DNA of 64,000 bases. Source: Bigelowiella natans CCMP2755. Taxonomy: Eukaryota; Protista; Cercozoa. The stretch spans positions 132,070 to 196,069 of the forward strand of contig ADNK01001088.1 in the NCBI GenBank assembly GCA_000320545.1, given 5' to 3'. Shown here piece by piece: positions 37,802-50,550 of this stretch; positions within the stretch are counted from its first letter, which is position 1, and each line of letters opens with the position of its first letter. The notes under the pieces are model-generated. The model saw only the letters and a program-made list of their open reading frames with translations. It made no database searches and had not been told where the DNA came from. Made by a program: the position numbers and the translations under genes.

Positions 37802-39520
37802 CAGATTGTGATACATTGTTATTACATGATAACGGTTACTCTGTGACAGCAGAAGCCTAATTCTAGTGCCCCTTTTTTTATGCCTTGAGTAAGATCATCA
37901 CAATTTTGGGGAAAGGGGGGGGGGGGGGGGGAAAGTCCCTAGATTCGCTGATGTTGTTATCATTGATTTTGTAGGAGTTTGATACGAATTATAATTGTGA
38001 CAACCATGATCAGGTGAAGAATGTCCTAGCACGGGCTCTTAAGGAGGAAGGCACTCTCACAATCTTCGAGATTGCGGCGGTGAGAGATGAGAGACAACCC
38101 AAGATTATTTAAAACCTCTACACAGCATTATACTTGCATGCAACAGCGATCATCACGAATCAGGGCGCCATTTAAGTGCCATGCTGTTCTTTGCCATCGT
38201 CCGCACCGAAGATGCTTATAGATATAGGCAGTTGGAGAGTTCTGTAATTCAAGAGAACAAACCTTGAACCAGCTGTCGATGATGACTGATTATTAGTGGT
38301 GATGATGATGATGATGGTGGTGTTGATTTTGTTGGTGATAGTGATGTTTCAGTCACTTACGGTTGTTGCTACCACTCCACTACTACTACTACTATTACTA
38401 CCACTTTCGCGCAGATGGGCTGGAACATGCAAATATCTCACCAAATCAACAAAATGGGAGTCAAGGTAGGCACCCCTGTTAGTTTGTCATCGTCGTCCTA
38501 GCATTCTAGTTTGTGATTGTGATGATGATGATATATTTATAGATAAACATTGTCATCGTCATCGTACATCCTATTAATATAATTACCTAGGTCAACAATA
38601 CCGACACATTTGGCCAGACGCTTCTGCACCATGCGGTAAAGAAGACAACTAGTGTAGTACCAACAGCAACAGCGCCAAAGTGACAGCAGACGGCTCTTTA
38701 TACTATCATCTATTTATATATTACCGTAAACATGCGTGGCATCATGAAAACTTACAGCTACGATTGACAACAACAATGACCAATGACACACCTCACCTCC
38801 TTCTCCACTCGATTAAGCACAACAACAACACCAACAACATCAAACGATGACAACAGTGATCATCATCATCATCATCATCATCAGGCGTCTCATGGTAGAG
38901 GAAGCACCACTTCATTGCTTCTATCTCTAAATGCAGACCCGAACATCACCGACAGGTACTTGTGTTTGAGATGGGGGATGATGATGATGATGATGATGAT
39001 GATGTCATGGTAGTAGTTGTTGTTGCTGTGGTGGTGGTGGTAGAGGAGATAATTAGAGTATAGCTCGGATATATAGATGTTTCACACGGGGAGAGAGGCA
39101 CGCACAAACACACATACCCACATACAAATACTTGCAGACTCTCATTTATTCGTGATTTTCATCATTATTTTCTAACATTATTATTATTATTATTATTATC
39201 ATTTATGTATACCTTTGTTGTGCTCCCTCCTTGTCCCTCCTCTCCTCCCGGTGACTGAAAATGATCATAATGGACCCCTACCACCACCCTTTCCAGACAT
39301 GGGTTTAGACCTCTCGAAGGTATGGAAGCGTGTGTTTTTCAAGTAGCGTCCATGCATGCATGTATAGCACGTGACGCAACGACTCTCATGAGCGCACGTA
39401 GACCTACGTCGCCGCACTTCCATCAGGCTATGTAGCTCATCAAGTTTGCGTCGAGAGCTATGTGCATGTGTGTGCGTGTGTGCGTGTGACACATTGTTTG
39501 TTGTGATGTATTTATTGGGG

Positions 39521-39554
<34 letters not shown>

Positions 39555-40052
39555 AACACTGGTGAAATAGGAACGGAGGATTTCCATACGGCTGACGCAT
39601 TGTTGGAAGCCAAAGCCTTCGTTGATACAGGTAACAACTGCGAATATTGACGACGATGATGATGATGATGATGAGGTGATAGTTTTTAGCTGATGTTGTC
39701 TTCATAGCCCACAATCGCCTTAATCCGGCCAAGCTAAAGAACATCCTTCATCATCACCACCACTACCGCATCGATCACCTAGCCTATGTGACAAAGGATC
39801 AACTACCAGAAAGATGATGATGATGATGCCCAACATAGTGAAGGCTTTTCTTCAACACGTCATCATACATGTTGTATCTGTTGTTGTTTCTAGGCGAATG
39901 GACCCTTTACACGGCTGCTCGAGAAAATAAAATCGGCGTGATTGCGGTAGTAGTGAGGCGTATGTAACAGTAGCAACAACATGATGAAGAATAGCAGTAC
40001 ACAGATATAATCATAATTCGAGGGTAAGAAATCAAGTATGTACTCTTATATT

Positions 40053-40097
<45 letters not shown>

Positions 40098-40607
40098 GTG
40101 TGTATATGTATGTGTGTGTACACAAATGTTTCTCGCGCTCAATTCATGACTCTTGACTCGATGTCTGTTTCCTCTTCCTTCTCCTAATAAATACTACTAC
40201 TTTTTGACCAGGCTCTTCTGAGGCAGAAAGCCAATCCGCTAGTAAGAGACCAGAACGAATAGCACATAAACACACACACGTGCACTTTTTCAAGACGTGT
40301 ACGTAAAATATTGCGAGTTATAATGTTGGTAATAGATGGAGATCATTAATTTGCAATCTGATGTGTGTGTGTTTGTGTGTTTTGCCTTCTTCTTGTTCTT
40401 CTTCCTATTCTTTCTACGAATGGTGATCACTACTACTACCATCATCAGGCCTCAATGGAACACGAAGATATCTCTCCCATAGGCTACGCCGCGAGAAACG
40501 GAAAGGTGATGGATGGTTAGGAATCATGATCCACTCTCCCTTCATGTCTTAGTCCTGCGTAGCAATCAATCAATCAATCAGTCAATCGTATTGGTGTATC
40601 ATAGTAA

Positions 40608-40639
<32 letters not shown>

Positions 40640-41104
40640 CCAGTGTCGTCGTCTACATATTTAGTCAAGCGCTTGCTAACTACTGTCGCCATTTCTGTTG
40701 TCGCCGTTATTGTTGCTGTTCTCTTCCTCCTCCTCCTCCTACTCCTCCTCCTCGTAAACAGACACAAGCAGTACGTGCAATGCTCGCATCACCTCGAATA
40801 GACCCCATAAAAGTGGTAGATGACGGCAAGAAGATTTCTGCTGCCACTACTCTTAATAGTAGTACTACCACCGTGAAGAGGTCTCCGCGAGTGCCTCCTA
40901 GACTCGGGTTACTGATAAGCAGCACTAATTTGAGATGATGATGATGATGACGATGATCGATCCATTCCTTTTCATTGATCACCCATCCACTCACTCGCAC
41001 GTTCATGAAGGATGAGTTGTTGTTTTATAGCAACAAGGAGACGAATGGCCAGTTTATATGTGCTAGAATGATGATATTGCTGTCGGCTGTTTTCTTATCA
41101 AATC

Positions 41105-41203
<99 letters not shown>

Positions 41204-41987
41204 TGTGTGCCTTACATTGGATATATCTCTTTGTTAATAGGACTCTCCGGTCTTCGGGAGCGCTCAGAGGCTCGAGAGAGTAAATACACATTTGTTGATA
41301 TATCATTTCCACCACCACCACCACCAGCAAAGAGGAAAAAGCTTTAAAACCATGTAGATGGGGGGAGAAACTATTAACATATTGTGGGTTAAGTACCACT
41401 GAAACCTACTACTACTACTACTACTACTACGACTACTACTACCAACAATGGTGTCGCTATTGTCCATAATTATTTTTATCATGGCGGCTGTTGTTCTTTC
41501 AACATCTTCCACAAACTCATCCTCTCTTTCTCTTTTTCTCTCTTAGGAAAATCAGCTCCTTTTCTTCAACGGCTAGAAGTGTTCTAAAATCTGCACTGAG
41601 AGCGGTCGTATTCGATAGTGCTGCATAAAAACAGCGTGAGAGGAGGAGAGGAAGGGGAAAAGAGAGAGAGAATGTTGTGGAGAAGGGCGTCGTCGTCGTT
41701 AATGATGTCAATAAAAATGATGAGGGTGCTAAGTATTACATGATAATGCCTCTACAAGCCAGCAGTGCTGTATGTCACAGCTAGCGGCTAAATTAGTTTT
41801 GTAATATGTTAATTCATCTCCTCCTTGCCCTTCATCACTGCCATTGTGTTGTTTTTTCTGTTTCGGTCCTCCTCTTTCCTTCTTCTTCTTCTTCTTCTTC
41901 TTCGTTGTCTTGGTGCTACAGGCTGTGATGGCGATGAAAGACTTCGACGATCGGATAGAAAATTACGAAAGGAGCAGCGACAGCACC

Positions 41988-42019
<32 letters not shown>

Positions 42020-42370
42020 CCCTGAAACTTCATCGGGGATGTTGATGGGGTCGAAGAACAATTACCGATCGAAGGGTGACCTTAAGAGCAAGAAGAGAGA
42101 ATTGAAGACCATAATTCGGCTCATTACTGAAAAGATCAAGTCTCTTCCTGCTATTGAGCGAAGGCCCTCAAAGCTCTCAATCAACTCGTTTCATAGCGGC
42201 GGCAGCACTGCAAACACGCCAACTTCGTCAAACGGTTGGTGACGACTTGAACCCGCCAGCAATATCACATGCATTTCAACATAAACTAAATACCAGCTGC
42301 TGTTTGACTCAAAAGTTCACGGTTCGGGGCTTAGAGTACTATGAATTCTACATCTGAAGTGTGGACTTTT

Positions 42371-42401
<31 letters not shown>

Positions 42402-43028
42402 GCTGTATCTTCCTCCTCCTCCTCCTCCTCTTCTGCCTCGTTAGGGCCCGGCGAGACTTCAAACGACGAAGCACAACGAAGTTCCACTGATTCTGCATCA
42501 GAGGTAAGTATACTACCACTAAACTGTCAATATACAGTGCATCTTGATGAAATGAAGGACTCAACCATCACCTAGATGCTAACAGTGTATAAACATGATG
42601 TTTTCCCACGTACCGTGAGTAAGTACGTACATGAAGTGAGGAGGTGGATGCATGATCTCAGACACCTCTGGCTAAGGAGGAGGCCTTCGCTGCTCCGGTG
42701 TGGTGGGGCGGTTACAAGATGTCGGAGGAAAATCTCTTCGATCGCAGACATTCACGCAGCAGCGGTGGGTCGAAGTCCAGCCGAACTAGCTCGACATCAT
42801 CTCATGGGATTGTGAGCCCGAGAAGCAGAAAGTTTACCAAGACTCCTGGACTGCGGAACCTCCAGGTGCGTGCGTGTGCACGAGCTTGTATTCGTGGATG
42901 ATGAAAGTTGTTAAGTTGAGGTGAAAAGAGATCTGACTTGTTGTCATGCTCCGAAATGCACGCAGGTGGGATACACACGCTCTGGAGAACGTTCAAGCCT
43001 TGACAAGAGTGACAACGAAGATGATTGA
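31133..43028 (+). CDS. Large protein: disordered N-terminus, Clu/CLUH-like central domain (amoebozoan-type), multiple ankyrin repeats, low-complexity C-terminus
   Basis: GGTAGGDKYFIKGILFKL, AMKNASHDLMG, VPMQVVIDYWGFRVIAM, GDVEVHRGQDGKLYTLDLAR, MHLHRHGVNLRHTG. Ankyrin motifs LHYAAQRGGLDVVRYLLDTGVSPNLRDDKGRTPLHLA plus many small downstream exons (e.g. 35521-35569, 36618-36672, 38591-38635, 38885-38955). Final exon ends NEDD* at 43028. Internal ankyrin exon set not fully resolved. Confidence 0.8.
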
Positions 43029-43402
43029 TGATGACGCGAGGGGAGATTGCAATACAAGTCATGTACACGTGCGTAGAAGCGTATCAGTTTGTAAAGTTGA
43101 GTACGGGAAATCAGGAAATCCAACTATTGTGTGTGCAAAATATTAAGCTTTTGCACGTACCGCACGCCAATTGTTGCGCCTACTGTCGATTTTGTTTGGG
43201 CTGGAAGGCTATGAATGTATTATGTGCGAGACTCTTTGTATTCTTTTTGTTTCTAGTTACATGATGACCACATGTTTAGTGACTAGACGACGTGCATTCA
43301 TATATGCACAACCGCAATGCTAAAATTCAAGACAAAGACACGCTCCGTTTCGTGTGTTGCTATTGCTCACCAATAAGACCTCGCAGCATGTGACATTCAA
43401 TG

Positions 43403-43441
<39 letters not shown>

Positions 43442-43747
43442 CGCGTCGCACGTGTGTGCACGAACATTATCGATGTGCATGTGCATCGATCGTGATCGAA
43501 CACTCAGCGTGCGATCGAGCCATGGCCTGCATGTGCACTGCTCACGCAAGCGGAATGATCAGATCAACGCGGTTTCTCGACAATCAACACGATTGACAAT
43601 TCAATGTGTGCATGCACATGTTGCATGTGCTGTGCACATCGTGTTGCTGTGTCTGTGAGTTGCAGATCCGTTGCATTTGGCCGTTTCGTAAAACTGCCAA
43701 CACGTGCGCTTGTTGAACATATCAATCCTTTCATCTCAACAAATCTG

Positions 43748-43948
43748 TATAATAGACACAGTAATAGCATATATAGTATATATATGATATTACATGTCTA
43801 TAATAAGTATCCCCTTACTTATAATAGACACAGTAATAGTATATATAGTATATATATGATATTACATGTCTATAATAAGTATCCCCTTACTTATAATAGA
43901 CACAGTAATAGCATATATAGTATATATATGATATTACATGTCTATAAT
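43748..43948. repeat. 72-bp tandem repeat, ~2.8 copies
   Basis: Unit ATAATAGACACAGTAATAG(C/T)ATATATAGTATATATATGATATTACATGTCTATAATAAGTATCCCCTTACTT starts at 43749, 43821 and 43893; copies are near-identical. Confidence 0.95.
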
Positions 43949-44403
43949 CTGTTGTGAATTCTCAACGAATGTTGTGAATTGGCTGCAAGATGCAATGATG
44001 GCTAGATTGTCTTCGTTTCAGACGATGCGTGCATCAAGGTGTCCAACAATCAAAATGTTGTATTTCCTAATAAGCTCGTTGCGTCTGGATGAACAGATCC
44101 AGAACACTACACGCGCACGCCTGCTGCCAGGCTGCCAGCGTAGCAGTTTCGAGCCTACTGGCTATGTATAACAACGTCACGAAAAGGACTAGAAGGATGA
44201 ACCATAAAATTGAACATTGCATAGCGAGCGTCGACTGCCTCGTATTGTTATGCTTGCAGTTGCTACGCGCATGCTCGCTCGTAGGCACATGTGCCATTGC
44301 AAGCACTTAGTAGGAAACATTTATGAGCTTGATTGAACGGATGCCGCAGCTTCTAATTATCCGATTACATGCATCAACCATGAAGTAGATACAACGTACA
44401 ATG

Positions 44404-44664
44404 TTATGCAGTAATCTTCTTTCTCTTCGTTTTTTTCCGGTTAGACTTGTCCCCCCTTTTTTTTAACTTCGCCCTTTTGATTTTGTTTTTTCCACGTTTG
44501 CTGCTGCTGCTATCAGCTGACACCAACAAATCCTTGGGTGGGGGTGTCCTTTTCGTATCTAAGGCATCGTCGTTTCAATTAGTGGGCGTGGGGGTGGATG
44601 ATATGGAACAACGTGGGCAAGGAAGGGGCAGAGTGTAGTAGATGTGAGCATGGGAGCTGCTGCC

Positions 44665-44702
<38 letters not shown>

Positions 44703-46306
44703 CCTTGGGTATATTTACCCCATGATGATGCCCCTCCGAGGCCCAACTATTTGGTTTCATTTGTAAAGATAACAGTATTAGAAGAATCGATTTTGGACGA
44801 GGGGCTGAGGTTGATTTCAGATGGACCGCGTAGATGTGCGGAATTACAACTGTAATGAACGCTTCTTTTAAGCTCCAATTTTATCGGTGCATGAAAGGAA
44901 AGCATCTTCAGAATATGATGAAAAAGTCAATCGTCAAAACTGGGACTTTAATCCTGCGCGGCGACATTGTCGCGGCGGAACGATAATTCTCCATCTAAGT
45001 TTCCTTCTCTTCTGGTCTCATAATCATGGCGTAGTTGATGGTTTACCGTTATTATGTTCGTACCTTGTCGGCTTTGTCGGTTAGTAGAGCAAAAGGAAGC
45101 AGCCCATCATTATCATTATCATCATCATCATCCCTGCCATTGCCTTGAGTCGAGGAGTTCTGCATCTTCCTCTTCCTCCCCTTTTTCTTGTCATATATCT
45201 TCACACTGACTACACCACTGTTTGTGTTATATGAATGATAGATAAACATGAGCTACTTGAAGCTTTCATTCGTCATTATCATCATCATACAGAATGAAAT
45301 TGTCGATAAAAAAGACCTTCTGCTGCCGCCGCCGCCGCCACTGTCCATTTGCCTCGTTTTTTCGCGTGTTTGTTCCGCAAATGTGTTAAAATCGATGGCA
45401 TCGTCGTCATCATCACCATCATCATCGTCGTCTACGTTATCATCGTCGTCATCATCACCATCATCATCGTCGTCTACGTTGTTTGTGTAATTAACAACTA
45501 GCTCTTTCTTCTTCTTCTTCTTCTTCTTCTTCGTCTTCTTCTTCTTCTTCTTATTGTGGGAATCCTCGTTTCTGTATCTCGCAGCTTTCGATCTTTCTCT
45601 TCCTTTCTAGCACGTTTCTTCATCTTGGAGGAATTGTGGCCATCCACGATGGCAGCGTCCTCCCCATCCTCTTTTGATTTGCCGCTGGTGCTGATGGTAC
45701 TACTACTCTCGGGTTTTTTCTTATTCTTTTCCTCCTTCTGTTTCTCCTTATTCATCCTTTTTGCCATGACCTTCTTTTTAACATTTTTTTCCGCTAATGA
45801 TTGAGGTGGCTGTTCCCCTCCTGTAGTGGATGCTGCTACTGCCACCGCAGAGTCAGGGAAGGAAAGATGTGGATATCTCTCCCGAGGCACTTGTGGGTAG
45901 GCCTCACTCTGACACAACGGGTTGCCTCGTATATTGAAGCTCTAATAAGCAGCAGAAAGAAGAAGAAGGAGATTCGAGAATGAGAGAGATAAATAAAGAT
46001 AACGAGGAAACAATGCAAGAAAAAGGAGGAGGTAATGTTGATTTCTATGTAAACCAGAGCAGTAATGCACAACGAAAACTACGCACTGCAATTTCCATCA
46101 CTCAATACCTTAAGGTTCTCTAGTTTGCCAATGACGTTGAGATTTTCCATGTCGCTGTTAGTTTTTAATGAATACAGCATGCAGCAGCAGCAGCAGCAGC
46201 AGCAAGTTGTTTGTTCATTAATTATCCAACTTAATATCAACATGACGCTACGACTCGAAGGGACGCCTGGCCAGTTTTCTTGCTATGTGCGGTGTTCTTC
46301 AACAAC

Positions 46307-46343
<37 letters not shown>

Positions 46344-47910
46344 AATATACATATATTTTGTCTCTTCGCTACCATCTTGTTTTCTCTCTCTCTCTCTCTC
46401 TTTCTCACTCTTTCTGTGATCGCGCTACTACTACTACTACTACCTAATTCTATTATTCCCCAAGTCGAGCACACGTAGGTGGCGGTTTAGAGCGAGAGTC
46501 TCTGGAATCGATCTGATTGGAAGACGGAGAGTGAAGATTTAGAGGCAACATGTATGATATCAAAATATTAGTACTGTCATCATCATCATCCTCATCATCC
46601 TTATCATCACCACTATATTATAAGAAATTGGTTTGTTTGAAGCAATCCTTCTGCTTACTATGGTTTCTACTCGATTTTGTTGGAGTTAAGTCGCAGCTCT
46701 TTGAGAAAGAATAGCGTTGATAAATCCGGTATTTTTCGAATGAGATTATGGGATAGAGATAATTTCAGCAATGTCTTCGAGGCCCACTTCAAGCGAGACT
46801 GAAGATTATGTCACATGAGCTTCAAATTATCACTATATGTTTATTGACATGCTGCTCGAACGAAATAAATAGAAAAATAAAAGAAAAACAGCAGAGGAAG
46901 CATATTTATCCGCAACGATGACAAGCACAACCTGATAGATTTTCTCAATTCTGTTGGATGAGAGTATCAAAGTTTTTAATTCCGTACATAACCTATTGCA
47001 TCATTGCCAGATAGTATGAAATTTATAGTAGTCTTCCATATGTTCTCTTCCCCTCTTTGTAACGTGAAGAACCCAAGAATAAAATGGTTGACCAAAAAAA
47101 GTGTGCGTGTGTGTGAGTGTGTGTGTTGTATGTTTATTTGTATATCTTGCAAGTAATAATGAATACACTTACTTCAATGATGGTATATCTCGAAGTTGAT
47201 TGCCATTCAGAATTAAGGCCTGAAATTTTGAGATAATGTGCTCATGTCAATCAACTCCCATAGTCTTAGTTGATGCGTAGGCTTGCAAGCTCCACGGCTG
47301 TTTCTGATAATTTTGCCACATACTTTGAGATTCTTGCTGTCGGGATGATACTCCGAGAGTTGGTTCTTAGCTGCATTCAGAGTCACCAACTTTTTTAACG
47401 TTGCCAGCCTTTCTAACCTGAAAAAATGATGAACAATCGATCTCTTACATCGCTTGCGAGAATTGTTTGTATGCGTATAGCCTGCCAACTAAAGAGATCA
47501 TTCCAACGTTCTTCTTCCTACGTTTTGATCTTGTTCTCAGCTATGTTGAGAAAGGTGATGGAAGTGCATTCTTCGATTCCTTCTGTGCATGGGAGGCTGT
47601 TTTTACTGAAATTATTTTGCAGATAATACTTATTAGGTGTCCTTCGAACTTCACATTAATGACATTTCAAACCTTAAATCTAAACGGGTCAACTCTTGGC
47701 AGGAACTTAGGTCTTCTATGGAGGCGATTTGTCTATTTGGAAGCTGCCACGTACACCGAGTTAAAGTTCATGTAAAATAATGAATTCAAGTTGATTCCGC
47801 AAAAGCTACTGATTTTTCCTAAGCAAGCCAGAAACCTTGATAGTCTTCATCTCCTTCGGGTTCCCATCCAGCTGCGAGGACAGATATGCGTAGTTCAAAG
47901 TGATAGCCAT
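44404..47910 (-). CDS. SDS22-type leucine-rich repeat protein with Lys/Asp-rich, probably nucleolar C-terminus
   Basis: LPNRQIASIEDLSSCQELTRLDL, TFLNIAENKI, LKKLVTLNAAKNQL, LKTLILSSNRI, LKELRLNSNKI, LNLHSLRLPIRS. Ends KRAKLKKRGDKSNRKKTKRKKITA*. Confidence 0.75.
45399..45480. repeat. 42-bp tandem duplication within the LRR gene (Asp-rich NVDDDDGDDDDD x2 on minus strand)
   Basis: CATCGTCGTCATCATCACCATCATCATCGTCGTCTACGTT at 45399 and 45441. Confidence 0.85.
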
Positions 47911-48318
47911 ATTGTTAGTTTCCTTCCTGGGGAGGGCTATGTTCTTATGCTCCAGCAGGAGGAGGAGGAGGAGGAGGAGGAGGAGGAGGAGGTGTGCGAA
48001 TGGGGCGTTGCAGTTGTTGTTAGGAGCACGCTGCAATGAGGAAAACCCAATCGAATTTATCTTTGCGACATACAATTTCCATTCATTCTTATCTCTTACT
48101 TATTCTCCGTAAAGAGTTGTGAATGTATTCACAAATGCGCTCTGTGCAGAGTTGTCGCAAGATCAAAACGCACAGTAAAACATGTGATGCCTTGATTCCG
48201 ATCTTTTCGGCTCGTTGGTCGGGATTAATGGCTGCCACAACCCAAAGCCTTTCTCACCACTCAGAGGAACCGTCGTCTTGCCAATTTCTGAACAATTTGA
48301 GGACACGTTCGATTAAGA

Positions 48319-49462
48319 ATGCGGCGGTTTGTTAGAATCGCTCCGCAGAGGAAGATGCTGCGTGAGAGACTTTCAAATGTAAGATTGCCACACTAACTCG
48401 AACGCAAGACACGTGCCATGACTCATGATGTGTGGTAATCAGTTGCGAAGATTTAGCAGCGCCGACCGTGGTCCAGGGAGTATAAAGTCATCGAATACCA
48501 ATCTTGCATTGTATTTGGTACATGCTAAAAGATGAAAGAATAACTAACCACGTGCTATTTGAGCAACAACGTCTGTTTTCAGGGGGGGGTAGCACTTTGC
48601 ACTCTGGGGTTATCATATGCAGCTGTACCTCTGTACCAAGCATTCTGTCAAGCAACGGGATATGGGGGGACAGTACAAACTGTTAAAGAGGAGAAATTGG
48701 AAAAAATTTCGAGGTGGTAGCCACTCCCGCCAGTAATTTTCTGTGTTTCTTATTTGTTGATTTTATTTGTGTGGATGCTAATACTTACCGTATAGCGGTA
48801 AAAGAGGAGAACGAGAAATTATTATTAATTTCGACGCTGGAACTGGGATAGGGATGCCATGGAAATTTAAGCCGTTGCAACAAGCTGTGCAGGTCGCGAA
48901 TGCCCTTCTTTTATCCAATTTACAGCAATCCGCCGATGGTCTTTCCCCCCCCCCCCTTTCAATACATGCTCCTGCTAGCTTGTGACAGGTGAAACTGTGT
49001 TGGCGTTTTACAATGCTGAAAATCCTACGGACAAACCAATGACGGGGGTTGCCACGTATAATGTCACTCCGATGAAGGTCGAGCATTATGAAAAAGAAAA
49101 TGACAGCCCTTCTTTTCTCCTCCAATGCCGTCGGCTAATTTTATCCAATGATGCAACATACATATACTATTAGGCTGGGCTCTACTTTAACAAGGTTCAG
49201 TGCTTCTGTTTCCATGAACAGCGGCTTCAAGGTCATTAAATTGTTAAAATTATGTCCTCTTTAAGCACAAGAGTACGATGGACACTGAACGACTTTCGTT
49301 GGCATCCTTTCTCAGGCAAGGAGAATGTGGATATGCCCGTATTCTTCTTTATAGATAACGAATTTGAAGAGGATCCTCGTATGGATGACGTGCACGAAAT
49401 AACATTATCGTACACATTTTTCCCTATAGAAGATGATGATGATGAGGTAATCTATCAATCAC

Positions 49463-49499
<37 letters not shown>

Positions 49500-49573
49500 G
49501 CTTGCTTGATTCAGGTCCGAGAGCATGCTTGATTAGTCGAATATCGGTTGTATTTTTTTTGAGTCAGGCTTAG
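48319..49573 (+). CDS. COX11: Cytochrome c oxidase copper chaperone COX11/CtaG
   Basis: Arg-rich presequence MRRFVRIAPQRK. Motifs SYAAVPLYQAFCQATGYGGT, MPWKFKPLQ, GVATYNVTP, YFNKVQCFCF, DMPVFFFID, ITLSYTFF. Last tiny exon is ambiguous (stop 49532 or 49573). Confidence 0.93.
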
Positions 49574-50125
49574 GAGTCAAGGACTGAAACTTCTCTGCCA
49601 ATTAAGTCTTACTTTAATCAGCAACGCTGATGGCTTGTAGTCTTTCAAAGAGGGTACTACATTGAACATCTATATTTTGAGACTGGTACATCTCTTGCTG
49701 CGATGCTGCCTATCCGGATGAAAATCTAGTCGTAAGCCACAACACACATGCTGGCTCACTTACGCTAGCTGTGGCTGTCTAGCTGTGTGACTTATGCGTG
49801 GAGTTGCTAGACTACATGAGTAGGCAGCCGTAACAAGTTTGATCGAATCAAAGTAACGAAAACAACGTGTCAGTTATTGCACGCATTGCTGCTTGCATTG
49901 GCCAGAACGTTTCTGCCACCATGAACATGTGTGCAAATGAACGTGCGTGCCGTTCAACGTGTAGCCACACAGCGGAAGCAGCTGCCGTGAGATTCTTCAT
50001 CTCCATATCTGTCTCTTTCGACATTCCACGTACATGCTAGCATGTATAGAGCATGCATGCATGGACCGTCTAGCTGTATCTAGGTGTGACTAGCTAGATC
50101 GAGCAGTAAATAGGTAAGGCTAGAA

Positions 50126-50168
50126 GGGATGTAATCAATCAAATTAAATTTGTTCAATAATCATCCTA
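50126..50168 (-). repeat. Diverged copy of the same dispersed motif
   Basis: Reverse complement TAGGATGATTATTGAACAAATTTAATTTGATTGATTACATCC. An internal-segment match (ACTAGATT…CATCCGGATAG) lies at ~49712-49735, against ~18325-18349. Confidence 0.5.
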
Positions 50169-50550
50169 ACGTAAATGTAGTGGCTCTCGATCAAACACAT
50201 CTCATTATACAAGTTGTGCTCCAGGCACATTAAGCTTGCACTCATGCACACTAGCATGGACCATTTGCCGGACATTTGTAGCTACTATGCACATAATGTG
50301 CACATAATAGTTATGACTTGCAGCCGCAAGCTTAATAATTACACAAATGTGCGCACAATCAAACTAGCTAACAACCCCGACTGCTGGGAAGCAATTGCTA
50401 TCTGGCAGCAAAAGCGTTACAAGGCCATTTGCCAAATCATAGCGAAGAGAAAAACTACAAGCCTTTATCTGTTAATACGAGTGTAGTGAAAATATGGCAA
50501 AAATCTTTTATCTGATATTAAAGGCTGTAATGCATTGCATGACTGCAAAA

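Noticed and set aside
43748-43948. CRISPR-like array or repeat protein (ORF 43604-43957)
   Set aside because: Head-to-tail repeats without unique spacers, in a eukaryotic context; the ORF is a by-product of the 72-bp period.
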